From an uncultured Gemmatimonadota bacterium (GTDB lineage Bacteria; JAAXHH01): 64,000 bases of DNA. Shown here piece by piece: positions 46,862 to 56,541 of this stretch. Where the stretch lies: contig OX638340.1 in assembly GCA_951812955.1 (NCBI GenBank), positions 3,712,001 to 3,776,000 on the forward strand, in the 5' to 3' direction. Under the pieces are notes generated by a model. It saw only the letters and a program-made list of their open reading frames with translations, had not been told where the DNA came from and ran no database searches. Numbering within the stretch: position 1 is the first letter of the stretch; each line of letters begins with the position of its first letter. The translations under genes were made by a program, and so were the position numbers.

Positions 46862-48178
46862 ATGAACGTGCGCTCGATTACCCGCCATTTTCCACTGGTT
46901 CTGGTCCTGGCCGTGGTCGTGGGAGGACGTCCGGTTCTCGGCCAGCAGCTGGTTGACTATGTCGTGGCCGTCGTGGACAATGAGATCATTCTCTATTCCG
47001 ATGTGATTGAAGCGGTAAAGATGTATAGAATGCAACAGCTGGAGCAGGAACCCGAAGACCTCCCGGGCCATTTGCTGGACAACATGATCGATACGCGTGT
47101 CGTGCTCGCCTATGCCCGCCGGGACAGTGTCAGGGTACCCGCCGAACAGATAAACGGCGCGGTCCGCCAGATCATCGACCAGTACACGGAACAACTCGGT
47201 TCCAATGAAGCCCTGGAACAACTGGTGACGAATTCCGGAATGACCATGCGGGACTGGAACCGGCTACTCAGGCGGCAGAAGGAGGAGGAACTTCTGCAGC
47301 GGAAGCTCGAGGAAGAACGTTTCGGCGAAGTCCGGGTGACCGGCCTGGAGGTCGCACGCTACTATGAGACCCATTACGACAGTATTCCGTCGAATCCCGT
47401 CATAATGGACTTGAGCCACATCATGATCTCCTCACTTCCGGACCCGGAAGTCGTAGCCTCATTGAATGCAAGGACCGAGGAGATCCGGCGCCGCATAGCG
47501 GACGGGGAGGACTTCGGCGAAATGGCACGGCGGTATTCGGAAGATCTGAACAGCGCCACGAATGGCGGAGACCTGGGGTTCTTCGCACGCGGCACGTTCA
47601 TGGCCGAATTCGAAGAAGCGGCTTTCGCCCTTGAACCGGGCGAAATCAGCCCCCCGGTGCGGACGGACGTGGGTCTGCATATCATCAAGCTGGAAGAAAG
47701 GAATGAAGACCAGATCCGCGTGCGTCACATTCTGGTCCAGATCCCGAAGACTGATGAAGACGATCATCGTGCGCTGGAGACGATTTCCATACTGCGTCAG
47801 CGGATTCTCGACGGCGATGAGACCTTTTCCGAGGCCGCCACCAAGTACTCCGAAGACCTCGCCTCCGCTTCAGAAGGAGGCCGTATCGGTGAGTTCATGC
47901 GCGATCAGTTGCTGCCTCAATACCAGGCCGCACTGGATACCATATCCGTCAACGAGTTGACCGAACCGATCAGGGTGGTGGACCAGGATAACATCTCCTA
48001 CCACATCATGATGCTGAACGACAGAACCGGCGGCGACAAGCTTACCCTGGACGAACATTTCCAGCAAATCACATATCTTGCCAAACAGGCCAAGTGGAAT
48101 CGGGAAAGGGAACGCTGGCTCGGGGACCTCAGGCACGAGTTGTATATCGACGAACGTGGTCTGGAGGCCCTGCCCTGA
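46862..48178 (+). CDS. surA: periplasmic chaperone SurA-like with two parvulin domains
   Basis: Signal peptide, an N-terminal SurA chaperone domain and two rotamase domains (HIMISS..., RHILVQI... with GGDLGFF / GGRIGEF). Confidence 0.8.
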   Translation: MNVRSITRHFPLVLVLAVVVGGRPVLGQQLVDYVVAVVDNEIILYSDVIEAVKMYRMQQLEQEPEDLPGHLLDNMIDTRVVLAYARRDSVRVPAEQINGAVRQIIDQYTEQLGSNEALEQLVTNSGMTMRDWNRLLRRQKEEELLQRKLEEERFGEVRVTGLEVARYYETHYDSIPSNPVIMDLSHIMISSLPDPEVVASLNARTEEIRRRIADGEDFGEMARRYSEDLNSATNGGDLGFFARGTFMAEFEEAAFALEPGEISPPVRTDVGLHIIKLEERNEDQIRVRHILVQIPKTDEDDHRALETISILRQRILDGDETFSEAATKYSEDLASASEGGRIGEFMRDQLLPQYQAALDTISVNELTEPIRVVDQDNISYHIMMLNDRTGGDKLTLDEHFQQITYLAKQAKWNRERERWLGDLRHELYIDERGLEALP

Positions 48179-48211
48179 GCAGTGATCCCCGGCGCTCGCA
48201 TACCTGATGAT

Positions 48212-48523
48212 ATGAGAATAGATCAGTTTCTGAAACGGTCCCGCATCATCAAACAACGGGATGCCGCCAAGAAGGCCTGCGACCGGGGCATGATTACCAT
48301 CTCCGGAAGATCCGCGAAACCCGGCCACCAGGTCGCGGCGAAGGACATCGTCGTCGTGGAGTGGCCCGACAGACGGCTGGAGTTCGAAGTGTTGGACGTC
48401 CCGGACGGGAACGTGTCGAAAGAAAAAGCACTGTCCCTGTACCACGTGCTCAGCGATGAACAATCCAGCGATGAACGACCCAGCGATGAACAATCCAGCG
48501 ATGAACGTCCCAGCGATGAATGA
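48212..48523 (+). CDS. S4-domain RNA-binding protein (Hsp15/RqcP-YabO-like) with C-terminal SDEQSSDERP repeats
   Basis: MRIDQFLKRSRIIKQRDAAKKACDRGMITISG is S4-like. The C-terminus carries a 30-nt tandem duplication. Confidence 0.7.
   Translation: MRIDQFLKRSRIIKQRDAAKKACDRGMITISGRSAKPGHQVAAKDIVVVEWPDRRLEFEVLDVPDGNVSKEKALSLYHVLSDEQSSDERPSDEQSSDERPSDE
48451..48520 (+). repeat. 30-nt x2.3 in-frame tandem duplication at 3' end of S4 gene
   Basis: agcgatgaacaatccagcgatgaacgaccc repeated, encoding SDEQSSDERP. Confidence 0.85.
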
Positions 48524-48583
48524 CCTGGCGATCATTCTGCAGGGATCGAAGCACGGTGAACGCGCGCCGGGGCCCAGAGTCCG

Positions 48584-49366
48584 GTGAGCAAGCGCCCCAG
48601 GAAGACCCTCCCGGCTGATTTCGAGCTTCCCTACAGCCAGTTGGCCCAGGTATACGATCACGTGATGCGCCACGTGGACTATATCCGGTGGGCCGACTAT
48701 ATCCAGTCGGTATTTACACGGTTCGAGGCGACGCCGAAGGACGTACTCGAACTGGCCTGCGGGACCGGGGCCATGGCGTGTATCCTCGATGACCGAGGAT
48801 ACCGGATGACGGGCATAGACCGGTCGGAGAGCATGATCGCCGTCGCGAAGCAGAAATCCGTTGATGCGAGCCGGGCCATCCGCTTCCAGGTAGGCGACAT
48901 GGTCCGCATGCCAGTACCGGGATCCTTCGATGCGGTGCTATGCCTGTACGATAGCCTCAACTACGTCGTGGACGAGGCGGACATCGCCGCGATGCTGAAT
49001 GGGTTGCGCCGTGTTTTGAACGCAGGCGGCCTGTTCGTATTCGACGTATGTACGGAGATCAATTCGCGCAGGTACTTCCATAACCAGGTCGACCAGGAAA
49101 GCAAAGGGGATTTCTCCTACGTCCGGCGTTGCGAGTACGTCCCCGAGACGCGCATACAGGTCAACGAATTCCAGTTTACTTTCAACCGCGAAGGAAAGCG
49201 GTATTCCACCCGGGAACGCCACGAGCAACGGATATATCCAGTAGCCCGGCTCGAGGAAATCTGCCAGGAGTCGGGTTACCACGTACTCGGCGCTTTCGAC
49301 GGTTTCAGTTTCGAAGAAGCGTCGGAGAAATCCAACAGGGTCCATTACGTGGTCCGTCCCGTCTAA
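48584..49366 (+). CDS. class I SAM-dependent methyltransferase
   Basis: Motif I LELACGTGAM and a post-I acidic residue (GIDRSE). Confidence 0.8.
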   Translation: MSKRPRKTLPADFELPYSQLAQVYDHVMRHVDYIRWADYIQSVFTRFEATPKDVLELACGTGAMACILDDRGYRMTGIDRSESMIAVAKQKSVDASRAIRFQVGDMVRMPVPGSFDAVLCLYDSLNYVVDEADIAAMLNGLRRVLNAGGLFVFDVCTEINSRRYFHNQVDQESKGDFSYVRRCEYVPETRIQVNEFQFTFNREGKRYSTRERHEQRIYPVARLEEICQESGYHVLGAFDGFSFEEASEKSNRVHYVVRPV

Positions 49367-49380
49367 CCGAACCTTCCCAT

Positions 49381-50619
49381 ATGGCATTCGATCGCGTTGT
49401 AGGCCACGACAGACAGCGGCAGCGGCTCATGAATGCCGTAGCGCAGGACCGCCTGGCCCACGGGTACCTGTTCTGCGGACCGCCGGGCGTTGGCGCCGAA
49501 GCATTGGCCATTGAACTCGCGTGCGCGGTCAACTGCGAAAGCGGACCCGGGGAACCTTGCGGGCAGTGCCGGCACTGCCGGCGGATTCGCGCGCTTCAGC
49601 ATCCCGATTTACACCTGCTGGTGCCTTCTTCATCCGCCCCGCCGCCGGACCGTCCATCCGGCCGTGGCGAGGGTTCGTCCAGCCGCGGCGACGCCCGGCA
49701 GGAACGGAGGATGGGCCTGGCCTTCCAGCTGGCGGACGACCCCTACGCCGCTCTGCCGTTCGGTTCGAACGACATCCTTTCCGTGGACGACGTCCGGTCG
49801 CTTCGTAAAGATGCGTCCGCCAAGCCCTTCGAAGGACGGAGGAAGGTCGCGGTTATCGTGGCCGCGGACCGGATGAACACCGCCGCTTCGAACGCGCTGC
49901 TCAAGACGCTGGAAGAGCCGCCGGGAAGCCTGATGCTCATACTGACCGCATCCCGCTCCCAGCGGCTGCCGCCGACCATCGTGTCACGCTGCCAACCCGT
50001 TTTTCTGGCGCGCCTGCGGGAAGCCGATGTAAAGGCGGCGCTTATCGAGCGGTATGACATTGATCCCGAGGAGGCCGGAGATCTCGCCCGCAGGTCTGAA
50101 GGCCGCCTTTCCGAGGCACTTACGGCGAGATCCGAGCGGGGGGCGGGGCTCAGGGAGGAAGCCTTCATCCTGCTTGAATGCATTTACGACGCAACACCGC
50201 TGCGATTGTTCGAACAGGTGGAATCGCTGGCCGCCTCGCACCGGGACGAACCGGTCATGGACAAGATCCTGGATCATCTGTTGGCGTTGTACCGCGATCT
50301 GTTTATCCTCGACACCACAGGCGGTTCCTCCACGCTCTCGTACACCGAACGCGTCGACGCCCTGCGTGCGCTGGCTTCCGGGATGGACCTCGAAGATATC
50401 GAGAACGGCATAGCCGCCATCGAAGAAGCCAGGCGGGACATCGCGCGGAACGCCCACGTGCAGCTGGCCCTCCTCGTACTTGTCCTCAGACTCAGACTGA
50501 AACGAGGATCTGAAGCCTCGCGCCAGTCGCCTTCGCATCAGACGCCTTCGCGCCAGTCGCCTTCGCGCCGGACGCCTTCCGATGAAACACCGCCCCATGC
50601 CTTGCCCGCCGCGGATTGA
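49381..50619 (+). CDS. holB: DNA polymerase III subunit delta'
   Basis: AHGYLFCGPPGVG, a zinc module C-x2-C...CRHC and the SRC motif (TIVSRCQ). The long upstream track ORF is an artefact overlapping the methyltransferase. Confidence 0.85.
   Translation: MAFDRVVGHDRQRQRLMNAVAQDRLAHGYLFCGPPGVGAEALAIELACAVNCESGPGEPCGQCRHCRRIRALQHPDLHLLVPSSSAPPPDRPSGRGEGSSSRGDARQERRMGLAFQLADDPYAALPFGSNDILSVDDVRSLRKDASAKPFEGRRKVAVIVAADRMNTAASNALLKTLEEPPGSLMLILTASRSQRLPPTIVSRCQPVFLARLREADVKAALIERYDIDPEEAGDLARRSEGRLSEALTARSERGAGLREEAFILLECIYDATPLRLFEQVESLAASHRDEPVMDKILDHLLALYRDLFILDTTGGSSTLSYTERVDALRALASGMDLEDIENGIAAIEEARRDIARNAHVQLALLVLVLRLRLKRGSEASRQSPSHQTPSRQSPSRRTPSDETPPHALPAAD
50521..50580 (+). repeat. 30-nt x2 in-frame tandem duplication at 3' end of holB
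   Basis: cgccagtcgccttcgcatcagacgccttcg / cgccagtcgccttcgcgccggacgccttcc, encoding RQSPSHQTPS / RQSPSRRTPS. Confidence 0.85.
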
Positions 50620-50623
50620 TCCG

Positions 50624-50652
50624 TTGACAAACCGCCCTCAACACGCTATCCT
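50624..50652 (+). promoter_or_regulatory. sigma-70-type promoter TTGACA-N17-TATCCT for metG
   Basis: TTGACA at 50624-50629, 17-nt spacer, then TATCCT at 50647-50652, ~55 nt upstream of the TTG start at 50710. Confidence 0.5.
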
Positions 50653-50709
50653 GATGCTGGAATCAACAGGGTTCGTCCGGCATAGAACGACCACGCCTGT
50701 GAGGGAGTC

Positions 50710-52776
50710 TTGGCAGAGAAAATACTCGTAACCGACGCGTTACCCTACGCGAACGGCAAATTGCACATCGGCCACATCGCCGGCGTCCATCTGCCCGGCA
50801 ATATCTACGTGCGCTACCAGCGTTTGAAAGGCCGGGATGTGGTACACGTCAGCGGATCGGACGATCACGGCGTGGCCATCACCCTGGCCGCCGAGAAGGA
50901 AGGCACAACCCCCAAGGAACTCGTCGACAGGTACTATCCCGTCATCAAGGGCGCCCTCGAAGACTTCGGCATCATCTACGACAATTTCTCGCAGACTTCG
51001 CGGCCGATCCACCATGAAACGGCCCAGGCCTACTTCCGCCGCCTGGAGGAGAAGGGCTGTTTTGAAGTCAGGGAAGTTAACCAGATCTACTGTCCGGCCA
51101 ACGACCGCTTTTTGCCCGACCGCTATGTGGAAGGCACGTGCCCCCACTGCGGATCCGACCGCGCGCGAGGAGATCAGTGCGAGGCCTGCGGCACCATTCT
51201 GGACGCCACACAGCTGATAGACCCTCGCAGCGAGTTCTGCAACGGGCCGCTCGAGGTGCGTCCGGTGATCCACTGGTATTTCAAACTTGCCCGCATGTCG
51301 TCCCGTCTGCAGGAATGGATCGGCACGAAGAAGCACTGGAAGCCCAACGTGCGCAATTACTGCCAGGGCTGGTTCAACGAGGGATTGTCCGACCGCCCCA
51401 TCTCCCGCGACCTGAACTGGGGTGTGGCGCTGCCGACGGAGGAAGCGGTGGGCAAGGTCATGTACGTCTGGTTCGAAAACACGCTGGGCTACGTGTCGTC
51501 CACCCGGGAATGGGCGGTTGACCAGGGCGATCCCGACAGGTGGAAGGACTACTGGCTGAATCCGGACTGCAAACTCGTCAATTTCCTCGGCAAGGACAAC
51601 ATCGTCTTTCACGCGATCCTTTGGCCGGCCATGATCATGGAACACGGTGATTTCGTCCTGCCCTCGGAGATACCGGCCAACGAGTTCCTCAACATCGAGG
51701 GCCAGAAACTGTCCACGAGCCGGAACTGGGCAGTCTGGCTCGACGAGTACCTGGCGGACTTCCCGCCAGATCCCATGCGGTACTGCCTGGCGTCTATTTC
51801 GCCAGAGACGAAGGACGCCGATTTCACCTGGAAGGACTTCCAGGCGCGCAACAACAACGAACTGGCCGATATTTTCGGGAATTTCGTGAACCGCACACTG
51901 ACTTTCATCAAACGGTATTTCGACGGCGTGATCCCGGAGCCGGGAACCTTTTCGCCGGAGGACCGGGAGATGCTGTCGACCGTTTCCGGTGCTCCTACCC
52001 GGATAGGCGAGTGCTTCGAAACCTTCCAGGTAAGGCGGGCCGTCCGTGAACTGATCGCCCTCGGAAACCATTCCAACCGGTACTTCAACGATCAGGCGCC
52101 ATGGAATACCCGAAAGACCGACCGCGCCCGTTGCGCCGCCACGCTCCACGTGTGCGTGCAGGCGGTCAGGGTCCTCGCCCTGGTCATGTCGCCTATTCTG
52201 CCGTTCAGCGCCGAAAGACTGTGGAAGATGACGGGTCTGGAAGGCCGCGTCGATGAGCAGAATTGGGACGAAATCGATATAGATGGATCGCTTTCCGGCA
52301 GGACGATTGGCAAGGTCGAAATCCTGTTCCGCAAGATCGAGGACGATGAGATCGACGCGCAGATCGCGAAACTGGGCAAATCCGTCGCCCGGGGTGACGG
52401 GAAAACGGATTCCGGGGAGGCGTTGGAGTCCGCCGGAACGGACAATAACGAACTCATATCATTCGACGCGTTCCGCCAGATCGATTTGCGCATCGCGGAC
52501 GTCGTGGCGGCCGAGCCGGTTCCCGGTACGGACCGCCTGCTCAGGCTGCAACTGCGCATCGGAGAGGACGAGAGGCAGATCGTGGCCGGCATCGCTCCGA
52601 AATATACGCCGGAGGCGATGGTCGGGCGACAGATTGTAGTGGTGGCGAACCTGGAGCCCGCGAATATCCGGGGCGTGGAATCCAGGGGTATGCTGCTCGC
52701 GGCCGCAGACGACGACGGCGCGCCCATACTCCTCGGTCCGGATGTCAGAGTTCAGTCCGGTTCGTCGGTTAACTGA
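50710..52776 (+). CDS. metG: methionine--tRNA ligase with C-terminal tRNA-binding (Trbp111/EMAP) domain
   Basis: HIGH motif (NGKLHIGH), a zinc knuckle (CPHCG...CEACG), KMSKS (KLSTS) and C-terminal ...DLRIADVVAAEPV... Confidence 0.95.
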   Translation: MAEKILVTDALPYANGKLHIGHIAGVHLPGNIYVRYQRLKGRDVVHVSGSDDHGVAITLAAEKEGTTPKELVDRYYPVIKGALEDFGIIYDNFSQTSRPIHHETAQAYFRRLEEKGCFEVREVNQIYCPANDRFLPDRYVEGTCPHCGSDRARGDQCEACGTILDATQLIDPRSEFCNGPLEVRPVIHWYFKLARMSSRLQEWIGTKKHWKPNVRNYCQGWFNEGLSDRPISRDLNWGVALPTEEAVGKVMYVWFENTLGYVSSTREWAVDQGDPDRWKDYWLNPDCKLVNFLGKDNIVFHAILWPAMIMEHGDFVLPSEIPANEFLNIEGQKLSTSRNWAVWLDEYLADFPPDPMRYCLASISPETKDADFTWKDFQARNNNELADIFGNFVNRTLTFIKRYFDGVIPEPGTFSPEDREMLSTVSGAPTRIGECFETFQVRRAVRELIALGNHSNRYFNDQAPWNTRKTDRARCAATLHVCVQAVRVLALVMSPILPFSAERLWKMTGLEGRVDEQNWDEIDIDGSLSGRTIGKVEILFRKIEDDEIDAQIAKLGKSVARGDGKTDSGEALESAGTDNNELISFDAFRQIDLRIADVVAAEPVPGTDRLLRLQLRIGEDERQIVAGIAPKYTPEAMVGRQIVVVANLEPANIRGVESRGMLLAAADDDGAPILLGPDVRVQSGSSVN

Positions 52777-52848
52777 GACCCGGCACGCCGGTCCCGGCCG
52801 GCCGCGCGGAACGGATATCACACGGTAAACCCGCAACCAGACACTGCC

Positions 52849-53613
52849 TTGCTGTTCGATACCCATACCCATCTCACGGCTGAAGCATTCGATCATGACC
52901 GCGATGACGTGATCCAACGTGCGCTCGACGCGGGCGTGGATGGCATGATCGCCGTAGGGTACGACTTAGGCAGCAGCAGGGCCGCCGTGGCCCTCGCCGA
53001 GCGATGCGACTCCGTGTACGCCGCCGCGGGCATCCATCCCTGCCACGTCCACGAAGCAAGCGAAGCGGACTTCGGGGAAATCGAGAAACTGCTGGAACAT
53101 CCTTCCGTCGTCGGCGTGGGCGAAACCGGCATCGACCTGTATCACGACCGATCCACGGGCCCACGGCAGCGGGCGTCGTTCATAAGGCACATGGAATGGG
53201 GCCGGAGCACCGGCCTGCCGGTTATTGTGCACGACCGGGACGCCCATGCCGAAGTCATGGGCGTGTTGGACGAGTTCTCCGGTGATGAAACGACAGCGAT
53301 CCTGCACTGCTTCACCGGGGACGCCGCCATGGCCGAAAAGGCCGTTTCCATGGGATGTTTCCTGGGGTTCGGCGGCATCGCCACGTTCAAGAATTCGGCG
53401 GCCCGCGAGGTGGTCTCCGGGTTGCCGAAGGATTGCATCCTGATCGAAACGGACGCGCCTTACCTTGCGCCCGTGCCCCACCGTGGACGCCGGAACGAAC
53501 CGTCCTACCTAGTAAAAACGGCCGAAGCGGTTGCCTGTCACCGCGCCGTGACTATGGATGAACTGGCGCGGACCACAACCCAGAACGCGAAAAAGGTGTT
53601 TCGAATCCATTGA
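52849..53613 (+). CDS. tatD: TatD-family metal-dependent hydrolase/DNase
   Basis: MLFDTHTHL...GETGIDLYH...LPVIVHDRDAH...ETDAPYL. Confidence 0.9.
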   Translation: MLFDTHTHLTAEAFDHDRDDVIQRALDAGVDGMIAVGYDLGSSRAAVALAERCDSVYAAAGIHPCHVHEASEADFGEIEKLLEHPSVVGVGETGIDLYHDRSTGPRQRASFIRHMEWGRSTGLPVIVHDRDAHAEVMGVLDEFSGDETTAILHCFTGDAAMAEKAVSMGCFLGFGGIATFKNSAAREVVSGLPKDCILIETDAPYLAPVPHRGRRNEPSYLVKTAEAVACHRAVTMDELARTTTQNAKKVFRIH

Positions 53614-54482
53614 GTACGGTACTCGATCCTCCCGAAGACCTGCTGGCCGGCCTGCGCAAATCGAATTTCCGCCCATCGCGGTCGAGGGGCCAGCACTTCC
53701 TGAACGATTCGTCCATCGCCCGCCGCATCGTCGAGGCGGCGGGGGTCACGCGACACACGCCCGTCCTTGAAATAGGACCGGGGACCGGCGCGTTGACGCG
53801 GCACCTCGTCAACCGGGCCCGCGGAGTAACGGCCGTGGAAATCGATGCCGAACTTGCACGAGCCCTTCAGACGGCCTATGGAGGCTACGACCACCTGACC
53901 ATCATGAACCGGGACGTGCTCGATCTGGATCTGTCCGAACTGATGAATGCATACGGCGACCCCGGGTTCGTGCTCGTGGCCAACCTGCCCTACGGAATCA
54001 CGGGACCCGTCCTTGAACGGCTGATCGACCATCGAGACAAGATCAGGCGCGCGGTCCTCATGGTTCAGCACGAAGTGGGTGGTCGACTTGCGGCGCATCC
54101 GGGTACGAAAGCCTATGGCGCGGTAACCGCCATCATGGCATACCATTACGGTGTGGAATCGCTGTTCCGCGTGGGCGGCGATCGATTCGTTCCCCGTCCG
54201 GCCGTGGATTCGGTCGTCCTCCGGTTGACGCCCCATGAACGCCCTCCCGTCTCGGTCAGGGACGCCGGCTTGTTGATTGTCGTGATCAAGGCGGCCTTTC
54301 AACATCGACGCAAGATGCTGCACCACGCAATGAATCGATTGGCTCCCGGTTCCGCCGGCTATCTTTCAGATCATACCGGGATCAACCTGAAACGACGCGG
54401 GGAAACCCTGGACCTGAACGAGTTCGCGGCGCTCTCCAATGCGCTCTGTGAATACAGGGACAACCGCGAAGACGAAACCTGA
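53610..54482 (+). CDS. rsmA: 16S rRNA (adenine1518/1519-N6)-dimethyltransferase
   Basis: GQHFL...VLEIGPGTGALT...NLPYGIT. The TTG start overlaps the tatD stop. Confidence 0.9.
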   Translation: MSTVLDPPEDLLAGLRKSNFRPSRSRGQHFLNDSSIARRIVEAAGVTRHTPVLEIGPGTGALTRHLVNRARGVTAVEIDAELARALQTAYGGYDHLTIMNRDVLDLDLSELMNAYGDPGFVLVANLPYGITGPVLERLIDHRDKIRRAVLMVQHEVGGRLAAHPGTKAYGAVTAIMAYHYGVESLFRVGGDRFVPRPAVDSVVLRLTPHERPPVSVRDAGLLIVVIKAAFQHRRKMLHHAMNRLAPGSAGYLSDHTGINLKRRGETLDLNEFAALSNALCEYRDNREDET

Positions 54483-54492
54483 CGGATTCACC

Positions 54493-55719
54493 ATGCGCTT
54501 TCGCTATTCACGTAATGCCAGAACGCGGTTGATGGACAGGAAGAAACAACGGCGGGCCTACCTCCTCTACGCCGTGCTGGGGACAGCCGTATTCGTCCTG
54601 CTTGCCCTCGCCATGTGGATCGCGCTGTACGAAAATCAAGCAAGGTCGGTCGTGAACTGGTTGCTGGACCGGCCCATCGCGATTGCCTCGTCCGAATACG
54701 AACGCACGGCCGCCTGGAAATCCGGCCAGCAGGCGTACCAGACTTTGGATACGGCCCTCTACGGTGCATTTTTAAACCTGCAGGTCACACCGGGCAGGAC
54801 ACGGGAAACGAAACCGCGCGCTCCGTTGGGCGACAGCCGTTGGACGCCCGTAGAGCGCCGAATCACCGTTTCGGGCGCGTATTCGCTTACGGAGTGCAAT
54901 CTCGAGATCGCCAGTGCGGTCACGCGGGTGGGCGGAACGGTTATCCGCGCGGAGGAACGGTCTAGGTCCGGGGAATTGTCGCTTGAGATCGGCCACGGCG
55001 GCATGGTTACGCATCGACTGCACGTCACCCGCGACCCGAACCTCCAGCGAAGAACGGGCCGTCTGGCGGTCGTAATCGCCTATTCGGATGGCAATCAACG
55101 GGGAGTGGTCGAGAAATTGTCGGAGTTCACCCGTCCCATCACCTTCGCCCTGCTGCCCTGGGCGAATGGAGTGGACGATATCGCTGCCGAGATCACGGGC
55201 GGCGATCACGAGGTGATTGCTCTGCTACCCATTCAACCGAAGTCGTTCACCCGGAATATACCGCGGCGGAGATCCGTGTTGTCAGCTCATTCGGAATCGG
55301 CCAATCGACGCATCGTGAAAGACGCCCTCGCATCCATTCCCAGGGCCCGGGGCGCGCTGCGGCACCCTGTCGGCCGCGTGGAAATGGATGCCGAGGTGCT
55401 GGCCCCCGTGATGGACGAACTGGGCGAGCGGGACTTGTATTTACTGGACAACCCGGGTAACACGGATACCTCGGGAGCGCCGGATGATTGGGACGGCCGC
55501 GGCCGGCTTCGGATCTGGGGCGTACTCGATTCCGTCTACAACCCCGTGGTCATTTCAATGAACCTTGACCGCGCGTCACTCTCCGCACTGGACAACACGC
55601 GCGCCGTTGTAATCGCCGATGCCAGGCCCCATGCCCTGGAGGTGCTGGAAAATAGGATGGCGCATCTTGAACTCAGAGGTATAGAGTTCGTAACGGTTTC
55701 CGACCTCGTTGACAACTGA
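54493..55719 (+). CDS. membrane-anchored divergent polysaccharide deacetylase (YibQ-like)
   Basis: N-terminal TM (AYLLYAVLGTAVFVLLALAMWIAL) and a periplasmic domain with the RLAVVIAYSDGN...LLP pattern of PF04748-like proteins. Confidence 0.55.
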   Translation: MRFRYSRNARTRLMDRKKQRRAYLLYAVLGTAVFVLLALAMWIALYENQARSVVNWLLDRPIAIASSEYERTAAWKSGQQAYQTLDTALYGAFLNLQVTPGRTRETKPRAPLGDSRWTPVERRITVSGAYSLTECNLEIASAVTRVGGTVIRAEERSRSGELSLEIGHGGMVTHRLHVTRDPNLQRRTGRLAVVIAYSDGNQRGVVEKLSEFTRPITFALLPWANGVDDIAAEITGGDHEVIALLPIQPKSFTRNIPRRRSVLSAHSESANRRIVKDALASIPRARGALRHPVGRVEMDAEVLAPVMDELGERDLYLLDNPGNTDTSGAPDDWDGRGRLRIWGVLDSVYNPVVISMNLDRASLSALDNTRAVVIADARPHALEVLENRMAHLELRGIEFVTVSDLVDN

Positions 55720-55734
55720 CACCGGAGCTTCCCC

Positions 55735-56493
55735 ATGGTAAAACTGAGTATATGCATAGACCAGGTCGCCGCCTTGCGGAACATCGCGAACCGGGGAGAA
55801 CCCGACCCCATGACCGCGGTCATGATGTCCCAGGTGAGTGGGGCGGACGCTGTAACGATCTCGTGGACGTCCGATGCATCGCTCTACCAGCGGGGGGAGT
55901 ACGACATCGTCAGGCAACTCGTGCACACGCACCTGAACGTGATCGCGCCGCCGGACCTGGAACTCCTGCAGAGTATCTTGACGATTTCTCCCGATATGGT
56001 TACCCTTGTTCCCGAGGGTTACGGGCATGCCGGTCTGAACAACGACTGGTTCGACTCGTCCTGGCCTGAAGCCGATACCCTGGAACGGCCGACGGAACGC
56101 ATGACAAAGGCCCTGCAGGATAACGGGATCCTGACGAATGTACTGATCAGGCCCACCGCGACACACGTCCGGCAATGCGCCGAAATCAAGGCGGACTACG
56201 TACATATCGACGCAAGCGGTTACGTTCAGGCTGCCGATCCCGAAGAGCGGAGCCGCAATTACCAGGAAATGGCCGGCGTGGCCAAGACCGCGGCGCGGTT
56301 GAATATGGGCGTTTCCGTAGGACGCGGCATTGAATATCGGACGGCGGGGGAATTGGCGGGCATCGCGGAGGTGGAGGAAATGGTGGTGGGCTATGCCGTT
56401 GCCGTGCGGGCAATGACCGTGGGATACGAGCGGGCAGTCCGCGACCTGGTCGACATTATCCGCCATGCGCCAGGGTCCCAGGGGGACTGGTAG
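55735..56493 (+). CDS. pdxJ: pyridoxine 5'-phosphate synthase
   Basis: LSICIDQVAALRN...VHTHLNVIAP...HAGLNNDW... Confidence 0.9.
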   Translation: MVKLSICIDQVAALRNIANRGEPDPMTAVMMSQVSGADAVTISWTSDASLYQRGEYDIVRQLVHTHLNVIAPPDLELLQSILTISPDMVTLVPEGYGHAGLNNDWFDSSWPEADTLERPTERMTKALQDNGILTNVLIRPTATHVRQCAEIKADYVHIDASGYVQAADPEERSRNYQEMAGVAKTAARLNMGVSVGRGIEYRTAGELAGIAEVEEMVVGYAVAVRAMTVGYERAVRDLVDIIRHAPGSQGDW

Positions 56494-56541
56494 ACATTCC
56501 GACAGCGTTACACTAACCGCGGTACCGAAAGGAACAGCACT

